Positions 1-9,582 of a stretch of DNA of 50,810 bases are shown here, one piece after another. The notes beneath the pieces were generated by a model. It saw only the letters and a list, made by a program, of their open reading frames with translations, did no database searches and was not told the origin of the DNA. The DNA is from a virus. The stretch is from positions 1 to 50,810 of the IMG/VR virus record IMGVR_UViG_3300045988_054624; one strand, 5' to 3'. The stretch's first letter is position 1. Each line of letters begins with the position of its first letter. Both the position numbers and the translations under genes were made by a program.

Positions 1-60
1 TGTTTCTTTTATCAATTTATTTTTACCTCGTCAAATATTTTTTTTCAATTTTTTTTCACG
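1..60 (-). promoter_or_regulatory. Conserved early promoter cassette (copy identical to 47112-47168 and to the window end 50771-50810); drives gene 50444..50722 across the genome junction
   Basis: Minus strand reads ...AAAATATTTGACGAGGTAAAAATAAATTGATAAAAGAAACACG; -35-like TTGACG, 17-nt spacer, TAAAAG. A 58-nt exact repeat of the copy at 47111-47168. Confidence 0.5.
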
Positions 61-64
61 CGTG

Positions 65-106
65 AAAAAAAAGCTCCCCCTGACCGCCGTAATAGTCAGG
101 GGGAGC
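65..106 (-). terminator. Rho-independent terminator ending the leftward early operon after dut
   Basis: Hairpin GCTCCCCCTGAC-N10-GTCAGGGGGAGC (73-106) followed on the minus strand by T8 (plus 65-72 is A8); embedded in a perfect palindrome tttttttcACGCGTgaaaaaaaa. Confidence 0.6.
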
Positions 107-225
107 AATCGTCAACCGAAACAACGAAACAATATTACCGTAGCCATGCAACAGTGTTCGTCATGAACCGAATCCGCCTTAATCGGTTCCGGGAAACAAT
201 CTATATCATCATTTTTCATTTGTCA

Positions 226-735
226 CTACTTTTTTTCAGTGGAGCCGAACCCGCCTTCCCCTCGTTCAGTAGTTTCAAGGATTTCAACTTGTTCAAAATC
301 AGCATCGTGCTTGTGCCTGATGATAAGCTGACCTACTACATTTCCGGGAAGAAATTTGAACAAATCAGGAACCGCTACCGTTTCGCACGGCGAAAGCATG
401 ACTTTGAGTGATCCGGTATATTCAGGGTCTATGATTCCGATAGAGTTTCCGTAAACAAATGGTGTTTTAGACAGTCGTGAATTAGGCACAACTTCCACAT
501 AGTAACCGGCTTCCGGCTTTACATGAACGCCCGTATCAATCTTGATTTTGTAAATCCTTGATTCCTCGTGACTTAATAGCTCGCAATCCTCTCGCGTAAC
601 TATTTCAATTTCAAATCCGTCAGGTGTGACAAAGTACGTGTGGAGTGCTTTGATGTCATAACCAACGTCAGATTCATGGGCGCGGGTTGGCATCGCCGCT
701 CCCTTGTCTAGCTTTATTTTTATTTTCGCTTTCAT
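226..735 (-). CDS. dut: dUTP diphosphatase (trimeric dUTPase)
   Basis: Motifs VGYDIKA (motif I-like), NSRLSKT (RSS-like motif), GIIDPEYTGSL (GxIDxxYxGE motif). Confidence 0.85.
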   Translation of the reverse strand: MKAKIKIKLDKGAAMPTRAHESDVGYDIKALHTYFVTPDGFEIEIVTREDCELLSHEESRIYKIKIDTGVHVKPEAGYYVEVVPNSRLSKTPFVYGNSIGIIDPEYTGSLKVMLSPCETVAVPDLFKFLPGNVVGQLIIRHKHDADFEQVEILETTERGEGGFGSTEKK

Positions 736-2615
736 TTTTGTACAAATACTCGTTCTACTTTTCCATCAACTCTTTTTTGCTTAGTTTCCATGTCAAAGCG
801 TTTTTTTACTTGCTTTGAAAACTCAATTTTTGACATGGCGTGATGATTATTTGCCAAGCAATATTCAGCGTATTGATTATAAATTGCTGTAGTAGTTTGA
901 TTCTCAACTTGTAATTCCGGGTTTTCCTTGAAAAATCCTACAACCGGATTATTAGCTTCTTCAAACTCTTCAAGTTCCAATTTCACCTTTTCAGATTCGG
1001 TAAAGGCTTGATTTTCAAGGATTCTCTTTAATCCTTGAATGCCTAATTGAATTAGATATTCAATGTTTTCCGGCTCTCTCAATTCGTATTTGATGTACGG
1101 CCTAAAATCCGGGTCTTGTTTCGTGAAATGAGCCAAAAACGGAACGATGACTAGGCGGCGTTGAATGGCTCCGCCTCTATCTTTGATTTTCGGAATCTCA
1201 TTGGCTGAAAATAAAAGCTTGGCATAGTTGTTGAACTCAAACGGCCTTTCACCTTTCCGTTGAACTTGAATACGTTCTCCTGTGACTAGTTTTTTGAAGA
1301 TGGCTGAATTAGGAATGAAATTATCGTCAATGTCATCCCCTACGTTTGCCAGCTTGCCGAACAATTCAGCGTTTTGAAACTTCTGGTTGAGTTCCGACAA
1401 GTCAAGGGACGTGATGTTATTCTCTCCTAACAAGGTTTTCACCATATCAAGGAACGTTGATTTACCGTTGGAAGCTCCCCTTTCTCTCGAACCATCCCCA
1501 ACCAGCATGAACGATTTTCCAAGTTCGTTTCTCCGGTAGAAACAATATCCTATGGCTTCTTCAAGTAGTGATCTAATTTCCTTGTCATTGCAGGATAACT
1601 TGTCAAGCGTTGCATCTACCAATTCAGATTCCGCATGTGGATTGTAGTTGAAATCAATCTTGTTCGTGATGATGTACCGCTCTGAAAACGGAAGCAATTC
1701 ATCATCCAGAATGTTATAAATGCCATTCTTAAATGCAATCAGGTGTGCCGGTGATTGTTCCTTGTTGTCGCGTATTAAGATATTAAGGTATTCAAGCACT
1801 TCCGTTCGTTTGGCACGGTTCAGGTTAGGAATGTGCTGAATCATTTCCGATTCTATTTTTTCCCGACTGTCCACATAAATCCCGTTTTCGTAGATATGAA
1901 GCTGCCCGTTAATTTTCACAATACGCGCGTTGTTTTTCAGGTATTCGGAAAACTTGTCGAAAAGAAATGTTTTCCCGTTGAAAAATATCGGCTTGGAAAA
2001 GGCATCATCCCGCATGATAGTTTCAAGCTCGGATTGCCTCAACGGTTCAGCCAGTACGTACTTGTTGATTACTTCCAAACATTCGCGTGATTCATCAATG
2101 GAAAATCCGTTACTTTGAAGGGTGAGGATATAGTTAAACAATGATTGATTGCGTCCTTCTCCCTTTTTCATGTTCAGGAAGTCAAGCTTCGTCCTAACCG
2201 GAACGAAAAACCTAGGAACATCTTGAATGTCAGAAGAATCACGTAAAATCTCACGTTCTTTCCCGTCAAACTTTAGAATGGAATATGCGTTAGCTCCAAC
2301 CTTTACATCAGCCGTCAGCCCGCACGCCAGTTTTACACCTGTTCCACATCGTTTCACCTTGCTATTTTTGAACAGGATATGAACTCCGCGCGTTGTCTTG
2401 TAAACACGGCACTTCAAGTCTAAATCCTGAACAATTTTCAAAGCGGTACGGGCCTGCTCTGAATCGTCAAAGTCAAGCAAGATTGATTGCCCGTCTAGGA
2501 TTCCGGCGTATTCATTGAGGTTCTTTACTTCATCATAACTTCTTAGGTTTTCAACACCTTTGAACTTTTCCAAACATCGTTTATTTCTGGTTGCAACATA
2601 GCCTCGGAAAAACAT
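732..2615 (-). CDS. Primase-polymerase / SF3 (D5/P4-type) replicative helicase
   Basis: 627 aa; Walker A GDGSRERGASNGKST in the C-terminal half; large N-terminal primase-like region; SD GGAAGG upstream of the ATG. Confidence 0.75.
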   Translation of the reverse strand: MFFRGYVATRNKRCLEKFKGVENLRSYDEVKNLNEYAGILDGQSILLDFDDSEQARTALKIVQDLDLKCRVYKTTRGVHILFKNSKVKRCGTGVKLACGLTADVKVGANAYSILKFDGKEREILRDSSDIQDVPRFFVPVRTKLDFLNMKKGEGRNQSLFNYILTLQSNGFSIDESRECLEVINKYVLAEPLRQSELETIMRDDAFSKPIFFNGKTFLFDKFSEYLKNNARIVKINGQLHIYENGIYVDSREKIESEMIQHIPNLNRAKRTEVLEYLNILIRDNKEQSPAHLIAFKNGIYNILDDELLPFSERYIITNKIDFNYNPHAESELVDATLDKLSCNDKEIRSLLEEAIGYCFYRRNELGKSFMLVGDGSRERGASNGKSTFLDMVKTLLGENNITSLDLSELNQKFQNAELFGKLANVGDDIDDNFIPNSAIFKKLVTGERIQVQRKGERPFEFNNYAKLLFSANEIPKIKDRGGAIQRRLVIVPFLAHFTKQDPDFRPYIKYELREPENIEYLIQLGIQGLKRILENQAFTESEKVKLELEEFEEANNPVVGFFKENPELQVENQTTTAIYNQYAEYCLANNHHAMSKIEFSKQVKKRFDMETKQKRVDGKVERVFVQK

Positions 2616-2620
2616 TTCAT

Positions 2621-4300
2621 TTACCTTCCTACAAATTGATTTACGTTTCTTTTTGCCATAGAGATATAAAAATCACGGTCTAGTTTGTCAGGCACCTTCA
2701 TTCCGTTAATATCATCGTTGAGGATGAAGCAATTAGTTGATGTATTGGCGAACTTTTCAGGATTCCCGCCTTTCTTCACTTTGAACACTCCACCGTCACG
2801 TAAATCGTTGCTTGCGAAAACGCGCAAGGTCTTGTCATTCAGTTTTTTACTTCCGTGCAAGGCGTGCTCGTAGGAACCTGATATTTTCACAATCTTCTGA
2901 AACTTGATAAGCTCATTACATTCCCTGATTGTTTTTTCCACCGGTATTCCATCAACAAAATACTTTATTACCGCTTCATTCAGAATAGCCGTATCATAGT
3001 CAAGAGCGTCTTGTTTTTTCACTACCGCGCCTTTTGATTTGTAACTGCCATCAGCCGCAACAATGATGTAATTGTTCACGTCTCGCTGGATCACCTTTAC
3101 GAACTCGTCAAACTCAAGCACCATGCCGGTTCTTTCTTCCCATTCGTGACAAATGGCTTCCACTTGTTCCCGGTTATTCCGCAACTTCACCAGAATACCG
3201 TCCGTGTTAGATTGCACAATGTCACAATGCCCTTCCAGTTTTTCAATCAAATCCAGCAGCAGGAGTTGACCGCCTACTACTACGTTGTTCGACTGGCGAG
3301 GGTCATACAATGGGTTGAACTTGTCTTTCATGGCACCGTAGGTTCCATTCAATACAATTTTCAACGGTGCTTGCAATGGATTTTTTTCTGCCTTGTATTT
3401 CAGGCGTTGATGATAAATCTCTTCGTACTTTTTCGGGTCTGTCATATTCCGGCTTCCCCATCCGTATTTAATCATCAAACTAGGGTAGTAGCTTGCAACG
3501 TCCACGTTCAAAAACTGGCCTTCCTCAATGTAATTGTTCCGTGCTCCGTGCAGCCCTCCCCATGCGAAAATATGAGGCACTCCGGCTATATCAATTTTAA
3601 GCGATTTTTCATAGTTTCGGTTGATAGGGTTATCATACCAGCGTTTGACTTCATGATATTTTTCGAGTTTGAGAGAGTGCGGGTATTCAAGGTCAAACTC
3701 GTCGTCTCTTTTTTGTTTAACCGCATTCAAGATAACCGCTGACAACTGCACTTTCGTTTTGCTGATTAAATTAAGCGGTAAGTTGAACGCTTTAATCATG
3801 CTCATGTGAGCGTCAAACTCGGCTTTCCGCTTTAGGAAAATCTGCATGGTTTGCTGAACGTCATTGCGGCAATATTCAATCGTTTTCTGGATTTCATCTA
3901 TTGTCAATTTCCGGTCAAGATTGAAGTCAACGCCTGATTCTTTGATGTCATTTCCCATGAACCCCTCAAGCGTCTTCAATCCATGAAAACCTATCATGAC
4001 ATCGAAAATGTTGATATTCACATTCCTGAAAAGGTCCGTGAACTGCCAGCCCATACGATGTTTGACTACAATCCAATCATTCACGTCTTTTGGATTGAAT
4101 CCAAGCAACAAACCCTTGAAAATGTACTGGTCATATTGCCGGATGTTGAACCCGACGAATATTTCATTTTTATGTTGATGGTAGTATTGTTTCAACTTTC
4201 CAGCGTCATTCACAATGACGGTTTCAGATCGCCGTTGTGGGTTAATGATGACGCAAAGCCAGTCGTCCTTGAAGACTTCAAAGTCGATAAAATGTAACAT
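2621..4300 (-). CDS. Family-B DNA polymerase, phi29-sized, with 3'-5' exonuclease
   Basis: Exo I FIDFEV, Exo II FNIRQYD, Exo III YCRNDVQQ (phi29-like YxxNDxQ), motif A DVASYYPSLM, motif B KIVLNGTYG, motif C variant QSNTDGI. The probable true start is the internal ATG (MLHFIDFE...) with GGAGGT SD; the track start at 4333 is a GTG. Confidence 0.8.
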   Translation of the reverse strand: MLHFIDFEVFKDDWLCVIINPQRRSETVIVNDAGKLKQYYHQHKNEIFVGFNIRQYDQYIFKGLLLGFNPKDVNDWIVVKHRMGWQFTDLFRNVNINIFDVMIGFHGLKTLEGFMGNDIKESGVDFNLDRKLTIDEIQKTIEYCRNDVQQTMQIFLKRKAEFDAHMSMIKAFNLPLNLISKTKVQLSAVILNAVKQKRDDEFDLEYPHSLKLEKYHEVKRWYDNPINRNYEKSLKIDIAGVPHIFAWGGLHGARNNYIEEGQFLNVDVASYYPSLMIKYGWGSRNMTDPKKYEEIYHQRLKYKAEKNPLQAPLKIVLNGTYGAMKDKFNPLYDPRQSNNVVVGGQLLLLDLIEKLEGHCDIVQSNTDGILVKLRNNREQVEAICHEWEERTGMVLEFDEFVKVIQRDVNNYIIVAADGSYKSKGAVVKKQDALDYDTAILNEAVIKYFVDGIPVEKTIRECNELIKFQKIVKISGSYEHALHGSKKLNDKTLRVFASNDLRDGGVFKVKKGGNPEKFANTSTNCFILNDDINGMKVPDKLDRDFYISMAKRNVNQFVGR

Positions 4301-4301
4301 G

Positions 4302-5186
4302 TTAGTTACCTCCGAATAAATCTGGTTGTCCACCTTGTTTTACATACGCGAGAACTTTTTCAAGTTCCAATTTATTCATGCAATAATCGTACAGTTTAGG
4401 ATAAATTTCTTTTAAAGCTTTAAATCTTGAATCGTCAATATGAGCACCGAACATGCAGAACATGCAGCCCGTTCTTTTCATTCCCATGTCATACAGTTTG
4501 CAATATGGCAGATTGAAACGCTTAATGTACGCCCAAACGTCTTCATCCGTCCAAAAAATCATTGGTCTTGATTGCGGGTGCTTGGCATGAAAAGCGTTAC
4601 ATTCGGTTCTTAAAAAAAGTCTCCTTCGCAGATTGCTTTCGCTTGCCATTACTCCGATAAACGGCGTGCGGCCTGTTTCTTTTTCATACTGGTGGAATGG
4701 CCGTTTTTTCATAATCTCGCAACATTCATCTGAAACTTTGAACGGCGCATCCACAAGGAACTTCCACTTTTCAGCAATCTTGAAGTTTCCCTTTTCCGTG
4801 CCAAACCAGCGCAGTCTTTTTTGCTTTTCTGATTTTGCGTTCCGATATTGCCTGATATAAAGGGCCTGTTCTTTAGATACAACTGGATAACCCTTTTGTT
4901 CCAATACCTGTTTGAACGTCATTTTAGGACGGATCATCGTGACGTTTTCAGTCTGTTTGACAAACTCAACAATATCTGGATATTCCAAACCAGTATTTGA
5001 AAACACAGCCGGAACCTCTGGAAACATTGATCTGACTAAATGCAATAAAACGGTACTGTCTTTACCGCCCGAAAAACTAACATAGACTTGTCCGTTAAAC
5101 TGGTGATACCATTCAAAAATTAACTGTTTTGACTTTGTTATTTTATCGTCAAGCGTTGCGGTCAATAAATCGTTCTTTGTAGTCAT
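4302..5186 (-). CDS. PAPS-reductase-like PP-loop ATP pyrophosphatase (solo copy next to replication genes)
   Basis: PP-loop VSFSGGKDSTVLL; C-terminal Cys cluster CKLYDMGMKRTGCMFCMF. The track start 5252 (GTG) lies inside a GC hairpin; the internal ATG (MTTKND) at 5186 is more likely. Confidence 0.65.
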   Translation of the reverse strand: MTTKNDLLTATLDDKITKSKQLIFEWYHQFNGQVYVSFSGGKDSTVLLHLVRSMFPEVPAVFSNTGLEYPDIVEFVKQTENVTMIRPKMTFKQVLEQKGYPVVSKEQALYIRQYRNAKSEKQKRLRWFGTEKGNFKIAEKWKFLVDAPFKVSDECCEIMKKRPFHQYEKETGRTPFIGVMASESNLRRRLFLRTECNAFHAKHPQSRPMIFWTDEDVWAYIKRFNLPYCKLYDMGMKRTGCMFCMFGAHIDDSRFKALKEIYPKLYDYCMNKLELEKVLAYVKQGGQPDLFGGN

Positions 5187-5252
5187 TTCAATCTTTCGTT
5201 GTGAATAAGAGAGGGCGGCGTTACACCGCCCTCCCATTGTTACATGTTTCAC

Positions 5253-5741
5253 TTAAAACGGTATTTCTTCTGCGGTATCTTGAGGTTCCGACATATCAAA
5301 GATTTTTTCAATCTTGTATGTGTTGTAACCCTTTGCATCCTTGCCGTAATTAAGTTGATATTCTCGTTTACCTTCAATTTCTTCCATGATGTCCATGAGC
5401 AATAAATTATATTGTTTGAACGATTCGAACGAAACGGGCAAACTAGTGATGCTTCTCAACAATTCGTTGCATTTGTGAAGTCCAAAACCACTCGTCAACA
5501 CCTGATTCATGAAAATCATTTGATTTGTTAATTCTCCGGCTACTACTTTGAACCAGCAAGTAACCATCGGACTTCCCTTTTTACTTCGCGTTAATTCAAG
5601 TTTTGTAACCTTAACTTCATATTGACCGGGAGGAACTTCTTTGCGCTCTTGATTACCGCTTTCTACATTTTCAAGGTCATTTTTCAATGCCTCTGAATCA
5701 AATTCGTTGTCCCATTGTTCAAAATTAGTTGAATTGCTCAT
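5253..5741 (-). CDS. Putative ssDNA-binding protein (T7 gp2.5-like features)
   Basis: 162 aa; acidic C-terminal tail ending in Phe (SEPQDTAEEIPF), the hallmark of gp2.5-type SSBs; sits next to the Sak4-like recombinase. Confidence 0.35.
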   Translation of the reverse strand: MSNSTNFEQWDNEFDSEALKNDLENVESGNQERKEVPPGQYEVKVTKLELTRSKKGSPMVTCWFKVVAGELTNQMIFMNQVLTSGFGLHKCNELLRSITSLPVSFESFKQYNLLLMDIMEEIEGKREYQLNYGKDAKGYNTYKIEKIFDMSEPQDTAEEIPF

Positions 5742-5764
5742 GTAACTTATTCCTTTCTTTGTAT

Positions 5765-7267
5765 TTATTTAGTGATTTCACGGCGAGTAGGATTTGATGG
5801 TTTAATCGGTTTACTCGGTCCGTTGGCGTCATCATATACTTCCATCAACTTATTAAAATCAAGCTCAATGTCTTTACCTTTTACATTCAAGCGACCACCT
5901 CCGAAAATAAGTTCATTGCTCTTGAATGACAAGATGCGGGTATCTCCGTCAGCTACAACCCTCCCAACAATGTCAACCATCCCGGCTATCTTGCTAGCAA
6001 GCTTTTCCTGAATGTTTGGCTTTATAGTAGTCAGGCTACTTCCGCTCTTGGAAGTGATATTCCTCGATGCGTCTTCGTGTGAAATGAGAATGATGTTATC
6101 GTAGTCAAGGTTCGTCAGACGCTTGATATTGTCCAAAAATTCCTTGCGTACAATGTCATATCCCTTGCCGAATCCAGCATCGGATTCATGGTCAATTCCC
6201 AATTCTCCATATTCATAAGCTCGGCAATGTTCGTAAACGTCTTCGAGCAGATCAACTACAATCGTTTTGAAATCGTTCTGTTTCTTTTCGAGTTCGTCAA
6301 TCACTTCCTTGAACACTTCCCATGCTGGCTTGCGCTTCGTAATACGCCCTTCAACGGTCACTTGGTCTTTGATGGCTATATAGGGAGCGTCAACAAACCG
6401 GATGTTGCCATCCGTATTCAGCATGAGCGGATTCGGGAACTTGTTAGCTAAATACGTCTTCCCGGAGAACGGCGCACCGTAAATCCAGATGACTTTTTTT
6501 GCTATCTTGTCAATGTTCCTTCTTTCGTTCTTTGGTAATAACATAGTAGTTTCCTTTCGTTCGCAGTATGGTTGATATTCACACCACGGGCAAAGCCGTG
6601 ATGCATTTTTAGGGAATTCGGAAGCCGCTTTGATAATCTCCACGTCATCAAGGTATTCCCTGACCTTCTGAAAATCATAATCTACTTTAGCGATTGTGAC
6701 TTTCATCTTGTACAATTCAGATTGCAGCCGCTTTCTGAATTGATACAAATCTTCTACTTTTTTCTGCCGGATTTGCGTCTTAGGCAGAAAGACAAAATAT
6801 AAATTGTCAATAATATGTCCCGGATTAGTTTTCTCATAAAAGTATTTGTAAACGTGTAACTGTCCGGAAGTTAGGTAACGCTCGACGTTGTTGCTGTATT
6901 TGAAATCGTACAAATCAAAGTGATTGTTGCCTTTCGGAACCAGCAAGTCCATAAATCCGATGAAATCTTCATCCTGAACTTTCACTTCAAACAATCCATC
7001 CGGCAGCAACTCCTTCGCTTTTGGAATGACGTGTTCGAGTTTAATTGATTCATTGATTTGCAGGTCATCACAAACTGGATAATTTGAGAAATATTGAGCA
7101 ATAGCTTCTTCAACTGTCTTTTCAATTCCAGTGTGAACCGCCGTTCCTAAATACAAGGCGTTGTTGGCATCCGTGTTTGGAATCGTTTTGATTCCGTCCA
7201 CGTAACGCAACTTATACTGATACGGGCATGTTTTGAAACAACTTATACGACTGTAGGAATATTTCAT
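5765..7267 (-). CDS. Fusion: Cas4/RecB-like PD-(D/E)XK exonuclease (N-terminus) plus Sak4-like AAA_24 RecA-fold ATPase (C-terminus)
   Basis: N-terminus YSYSRISCFKTCPYQYKLRY and Cys cluster CPWCEYQPYC (Cas4-like); C-terminus Walker A IWIYGAPFSGKTYLANKF...LMLNTDGN typical of AAA_24/Sak4. Confidence 0.6.
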   Translation of the reverse strand: MKYSYSRISCFKTCPYQYKLRYVDGIKTIPNTDANNALYLGTAVHTGIEKTVEEAIAQYFSNYPVCDDLQINESIKLEHVIPKAKELLPDGLFEVKVQDEDFIGFMDLLVPKGNNHFDLYDFKYSNNVERYLTSGQLHVYKYFYEKTNPGHIIDNLYFVFLPKTQIRQKKVEDLYQFRKRLQSELYKMKVTIAKVDYDFQKVREYLDDVEIIKAASEFPKNASRLCPWCEYQPYCERKETTMLLPKNERRNIDKIAKKVIWIYGAPFSGKTYLANKFPNPLMLNTDGNIRFVDAPYIAIKDQVTVEGRITKRKPAWEVFKEVIDELEKKQNDFKTIVVDLLEDVYEHCRAYEYGELGIDHESDAGFGKGYDIVRKEFLDNIKRLTNLDYDNIILISHEDASRNITSKSGSSLTTIKPNIQEKLASKIAGMVDIVGRVVADGDTRILSFKSNELIFGGGRLNVKGKDIELDFNKLMEVYDDANGPSKPIKPSNPTRREITK

Positions 7268-7602
7268 AAGTAATTTGCTATTAAATCTTTTAGTTTTCTG
7301 AAATCAGATGGATATACCAATATGGCATTGCCACCGGCATCATTTATTTGCTTCATCACGAACTTTTGAAGTTCAGACGGTTTTCCCTTTTCAGCTTTGA
7401 TTTCCAACTCTATAGAACGCCCGTGAATGCAAATGTGCAGGTCTGGCAGCCCCGACTTGGTAAAGAACCCGCCGCCCCATCGTTTTTCATAATATCCAAC
7501 TGGATCAACTAGCATCTTGTTCCTAGGAGTTCCAAGGGCGTAAACTCCTACGCTTTCCAAGTGCCGTTTTATCTTGTTTTCAAATAGTTTCTCGGCGGCC
7601 AT
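7264..7602 (-). CDS. VRR-NUC domain nuclease
   Basis: GLPDLHICIHGRSIELEIKAEKGKPSELQKFVMKQI matches the VRR-NUC PD-(D/E)XK signature. The start is probably the internal ATG at 7602 (MAAEKLF), 4 nt after the upstream gene's stop; the track start is 7692. Confidence 0.6.
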   Translation of the reverse strand: MAAEKLFENKIKRHLESVGVYALGTPRNKMLVDPVGYYEKRWGGGFFTKSGLPDLHICIHGRSIELEIKAEKGKPSELQKFVMKQINDAGGNAILVYPSDFRKLKDLIANYL

Positions 7603-7606
7603 CGTT

Positions 7607-8158
7607 TTATTCTCCCTTCGTTGCTTTGATGTCTTCGGCCAATTTTTTAATCCACTTGCATCCAGCTTCATGAGCGGCGTTAATGTCTTCATCGGTAATA
7701 TATCCCTTAGTCAACCCCACGTTGATGAATCCCATCTTTGCCTTGAGGTCTTCTTCCGTGATGTAAAACTTAACGTACAAGTTTGTTATGCCGAAAAAAA
7801 CAGCGTTATCTTTCCTGCTATGGTGTTGAGATACTCCAACAAAAGCTAATTTGTCGCAATTCGGGCGATTAGCGAAGATTGATGCGACAATGGGCATCAA
7901 ACCGTTAATCTCTTTGATTCTCTTAATGCCGAAGAACTCAAGCGTTTTGTCATAGCCTTGTCCCTTTTCAGTGGGTATATAATCAATGACGTTTTCGTCA
8001 TAGGTTTTCACTGAATAGGGAACCTTCTTCACCTCCACTTGTTTTTGCGCGGCTCGGTCATACTTCGGATTCCCCGCTGTTCCAAGGATGCTCAAGGTAG
8101 TACATCCACCGATAGCAAGGACAATCAGACTGCATGTAATAGTAACGGGCTTATTCAT
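7607..8158 (-). CDS. Lipoprotein (moron-like, with its own promoter)
   Basis: Signal peptide with lipobox LAIGGC; 183 aa; own sigma70-like promoter at 8211-8243. Confidence 0.55.
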   Translation of the reverse strand: MNKPVTITCSLIVLAIGGCTTLSILGTAGNPKYDRAAQKQVEVKKVPYSVKTYDENVIDYIPTEKGQGYDKTLEFFGIKRIKEINGLMPIVASIFANRPNCDKLAFVGVSQHHSRKDNAVFFGITNLYVKFYITEEDLKAKMGFINVGLTKGYITDEDINAAHEAGCKWIKKLAEDIKATKGE

Positions 8159-8210
8159 TTTTTTGTCTTTCTATTGTTTGGTTGATAGGTTTATAACCTC
8201 TCGTCGCTCA

Positions 8211-8243
8211 TCATATACAACTTTTTTTAGCCCCTTGTCAAAT
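8211..8243 (-). promoter_or_regulatory. Sigma70-like promoter for the lipoprotein gene
   Basis: Minus strand TTGACA-18 nt-TATATG, then a CA-rich SD-less leader before the ATG. Confidence 0.4.
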
Positions 8244-8256
8244 AATTTTTTACAGT

Positions 8257-9582
8257 TTAGGCTGTTTTCATCGAAAGTCTTTGAATTTCAAATTCTTCAA
8301 ATAGTGCATCGGTGTAATCACGCCGCATTTTCAGCGTTTCAAAGACCTGTTCTTCTACAGAATCCCGGCAAATAAGCGTGTAATAGAAACAGGCATTTTT
8401 CTGACCAATTCGGTGCGTCCGTTTTTTGCTCTGTTCAAAATACTCGCTGGACAAGGGTAGTGTGAAGTAAACAATCTTGTTCGCCTTTTGGAGATTCAAC
8501 CCCATTGATCCAGATTGATATTGACAGAAAGTAATGGAATCTTCCTTGGTCTCGTATGCCGTCAAGTCTTTGACTGAACCGTTCACTTCACTTTGCGGAC
8601 GGCCTTTAGCTATTTCCTTGAGCTTTTCAAGTTCTTCCTTGAAGTTGTAGAAAACTATCAACCTGTCTTCCGTTGAGGCTATGAGGTCGCCAAACGCTTC
8701 CAGCTTCGCCTTGTTGAACTGACCGCATAGCATACGTTCATAGAGCAGTCTAGTTAGGCTCATATCTCCTACTAGCGTTTTCCCTTCAACTTCTACAATC
8801 CTTTCTTTTTTGAACCGTCTATACGCCGGTGTAGAATCCACGTCGATTTTTACGAACGTTTGTTCTGGTAATGATAGCACATCTTCAGTTTTAAGAAAAT
8901 ATGCGCCATTTTTTCGTAACATCATTTTCAGTTCATCAACATTTTGATATCCCACGACGATTTTAATCGGGAATCTCGAATTTTTTATTTTGAGTTCGTG
9001 TTCAATTATGTAGCGATTGTAAAACTCACGCTTGGATATGTTCCATCCTAACAATTTGCATTGGCTCCAAAGACGCTCGTATTTTCCCGCAGTTGGTGTG
9101 CCAGATAGAAGAATCACGTTCTTTTCATTCAATCGGTTCAAGATGAACCTAGAACGCTTTGAGTTCTCATTCTGGATAAGTGACGATTCATCCAACAGTA
9201 AAGTAATTCTTTCCAGTTGCCTTAATTCGGGCCGTCTCCAAACCAAATCATAATTGATGACGATAACACCGTGAGCCGGTTTTGCGTTCGGCTTTGTGTA
9301 ATCAATCACATTCAATTCCGGATAGTATTGTTTGAAATGAGCGATCCAGTCATTGACTTTTGACTTCTGGCATATCACTAGATTGTATTCTTCACCTAGC
9401 CGAACCAGTTTTTCAGAACCAATGAAGGTCTTACCCAAACCCATATCATACCAGTAAGCAACTCGGTTTTGAGAATCACTTTTCGATAATACTTCTATTT
9501 GATGCGGATAAAGATTCACTTTGAGAACACCTCCTTCCAGAACGATTGTTTCATAGTTAGAACGGATTGATGATGAACTCAA
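8257..9582 (-). CDS. SNF2-family helicase (early region)
   Basis: GLGKTF Walker A; DESS box (LLLDESSLIQN); SGTP; C-terminal helicase motif MGLNLQKANKIVYF...RTHRIGQ. Confidence 0.75.
   Translation of the reverse strand: MSSSSIRSNYETIVLEGGVLKVNLYPHQIEVLSKSDSQNRVAYWYDMGLGKTFIGSEKLVRLGEEYNLVICQKSKVNDWIAHFKQYYPELNVIDYTKPNAKPAHGVIVINYDLVWRRPELRQLERITLLLDESSLIQNENSKRSRFILNRLNEKNVILLSGTPTAGKYERLWSQCKLLGWNISKREFYNRYIIEHELKIKNSRFPIKIVVGYQNVDELKMMLRKNGAYFLKTEDVLSLPEQTFVKIDVDSTPAYRRFKKERIVEVEGKTLVGDMSLTRLLYERMLCGQFNKAKLEAFGDLIASTEDRLIVFYNFKEELEKLKEIAKGRPQSEVNGSVKDLTAYETKEDSITFCQYQSGSMGLNLQKANKIVYFTLPLSSEYFEQSKKRTHRIGQKNACFYYTLICRDSVEEQVFETLKMRRDYTDALFEEFEIQRLSMKTA

Noticed and set aside
154-411. 85-aa + strand ORF between the dut stop and the early terminator
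   Set aside because: It lies in an otherwise minus-strand operon and overlaps the dut 3' end and the terminator/promoter elements. It has no RBS, and its low-complexity sequence is antisense to real features.
2621-4333. Protein-primed (phi29/PRD1-type) linear genome replication
   Set aside because: Terminase, portal and integrase genes are present, the genome map is circular, and there is no terminal-protein gene or inverted terminal repeats. The phi29-like polymerase size and motifs alone do not establish protein priming.
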